A DNA stretch of 63,830 nucleotides, filler included, from Chiloscyllium plagiosum (lineage: Eukaryota): assembly GCF_004010195.1 (NCBI RefSeq). It is 5 parts of one record of this genome, joined end to end, with 100 filler letters (N's around TTAATTAATTAA, not from the genome) between each part and the next. Parts side by side here need not be neighbours in the genome. Positions count along the whole stretch, not along the records: positions 61,947 to 63,830 come from NC_057714.1; 4 more parts are not named here. One strand, 5' to 3'. Numbering within the stretch: position 1 is the stretch's first letter; each line of letters starts with the position of its first letter. Below, one piece after another: positions 61,947 through 63,830 of the stretch. A program made the position numbers and the translations under genes. The notes beneath the pieces are model-generated. The model had not been told where the DNA came from. It worked only from the letters and a program-made list of their open reading frames with translations, and did not search any database.

Positions 61947-63830
61947 GTGTATCAGAGGGAGGGTCAGTGAGACACAGTGTATCTGAGGGAGGGTCAGTGG
62001 CACAGTGTATCAGAGGGAGAGTCAGAGACACAGTGTATCAGAGGGTGAGTCACTGAGATAGACTGTGTATCAGAGGGAGGGTCAGTGAGACACAGTGTAT
62101 CTGAGGGAGGGTCAGTGGCACAGTGTATCAGAGGGAGAGTCAGAGACACAGTGTATCAGAGGGTGAGTCACTGAGATAGACTGTGTATCAGAGGGAGGGT
62201 CAGTGAGACACAGTGTATCTGAGGGAGGGTCAGTGGCACAGTGTATCAGAGGGAGAGTCAGAGACACAGTGTATCAGAGGGTGAGTCACTGAGATAGACT
62301 GTGTATCAGAGGGAGGGTCAGTGAGACACAGCATATCAGAGGGAGGGTCTGAGACACAGTGTATCAGACGGAGGGTCTGAGACACAGTGTACCAGAGAGA
62401 CAGTCAGTGCGACACAGTGGATCATGGGAGGGTCAGTGAGACACAGTGTATCTGAGGGAGGGTCAGTGGCACAGTGTATCAGAGGGAGAGTCAGAGACAC
62501 AGTGTATCAGAGGGAAGGTCAGTGAGACACTGTATCAGAGGGAGGGACACAGTGTATCAGAGGGAGGGACACAGTGTATCAAAGGGAGGGACAGTGAGAC
62601 ACAGTGTATCGAGGGAGGGCCAGGGACACAGTGTATCAGAGGGAGGGTCAGTGAGACACAGTGTACCAGAGGGAGGGTCTGAGACACAGTATCAGAGGGA
62701 GGGTCAGGGACACAGTGTATCAGAGGGAGGGTCAGAGACACAGTGTATCAGAGGGTGAGTCAATGAGATAGACTGTGTATCAGAGGGAGGGTCAGTGAGA
62801 CACAGCATATCAGAGGGAGGGTCTGAGACACAGTGTAACAGAGGGATGGTCTGAGACACAGTGTACCAGAGAGACAGTCAGTGCGACACAGTGGATCATG
62901 GGAGGGTCAGTGAGACACAGTGTATCTGAGGGAGGGTCAGTGGCACAGTGTATCAGAGGGAGGGACACAGTGTATCAAAGGGAGGGACAGTGAGACACAG
63001 TGTATCAGAGGGAGGGCCAGGGACACAGTATGTCAGAGGGAGAGTCAATGAGATAGACTGTGTATCAGAGGGAGGGTCAGTGAGACACAGCATATCAGAG
63101 GGAGGGTCTGAGACACAGTGTACCAGAGAGACAGTCAGTGCGACACAGTGGATCATGGGAGGGTCAGTGAGACACAGTGTATCTGAGGGAGGGTCAGTGG
63201 CACAGTGTATCAGAGGGAGGGTCAGTGAGACACTGTATCAGAGGGAGGGACACAGTGTATCTGAGGGAAGGGTCAGGGACACAGTGTATCAGAGGGAGGG
63301 ACACAGTGTATCAAAGGGAGGGACAGTGAGACACAGTGTATCAGAGGGAGGGCCAGGGACACAGTGTATCAGAGGGAGGGTCAGTGAGACACAGTGTACC
63401 AGAGGGACGGTCAGAGACACAGTATCAGAGGGAGGGTCAGGGACACAGTGTATCAGAGGGAGGGTCAGAGACACAGTGTATCAGAGGGAGAGTCAATGAG
63501 ATAGACTGTGTATCAGAGGGAGGGTCAGTGAGACACAGCATATCAGAGGGAGGGTCTGAGACACAGTGTATCAGAGGGAGGGTCTGAGACACAGTGTATC
63601 AGAGAGACAGTCAGTGCGACACAGTGGATCATGGGAGGGTCAGTGAGGCACGATGTATCTGTGGGAGGGTCAGTGACACAGTGTTTCAGAGGGAGGGTCA
63701 GTGAGACACAGTATTTTGGAGGGAGGGTCAGAGACACAGTGTTTCAGAGGGAGGGTCAGTGAGACACGGTGTATCTGTGGGAGGGTCAGTGACACAGTGT
63801 ATCAGAGGGAGGATCAGAGACACAGTGTAT
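61947..63830. repeat. Minisatellite with 22-32 bp variant units (CAGTGTATCAGAGGGAGGGTCAGTGAGACA)
   Basis: Direct inspection; continues to the window end. Confidence 0.95.

Noticed and set aside
62446..63737. Repetitive ORFs and a CRISPR-like appearance
   Set aside because: These are translations of a minisatellite. There are no unique spacers or cas genes, and the DNA is vertebrate.

Overview
Eukaryotic (vertebrate) genomic DNA, not prokaryotic. The repeat set (HE1/V-SINE, CR1/HER1-type LINEs, SacSINE1-like SINE, abundant Penelope-like elements) points to an elasmobranch, most likely a shark. That assignment is my inference from recalled repeat families. The window is dominated by nested, mostly decayed transposons (CR1, L1, Rex1/Babar, Penelope-like elements, LTRs, a Gypsy remnant, Tigger MITEs). 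It also holds a terminal minisatellite and N-gaps, four of them carrying an artificial TTAATTAATTAA spacer. A CpG-island promoter at about 20.0-21.0 kb appears to start a + strand gene whose first exon ends at ATG|GTGAGT; I cannot identify the gene. Main finding: a structurally complete ERV-like LTR element at 9948-14620 (two LTRs, tRNA-Thr-like PBS, PPT, ATAAA flanking duplication) with no detectable gag/pol/env. Just upstream of its PPT it carries a spliced, internally deleted copy of the host RNA-binding-protein gene RBPMS2, an apparent host mRNA capture. Second theme: many Penelope-associated minimal hammerhead ribozyme motifs in at least two families, often in short palindromic inserts with 10-15 bp flanking duplications. 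Almost all ORFs in the supplied track are TE fragments or spurious. All protein and repeat-family assignments are by eye against remembered sequences; no searches were run.
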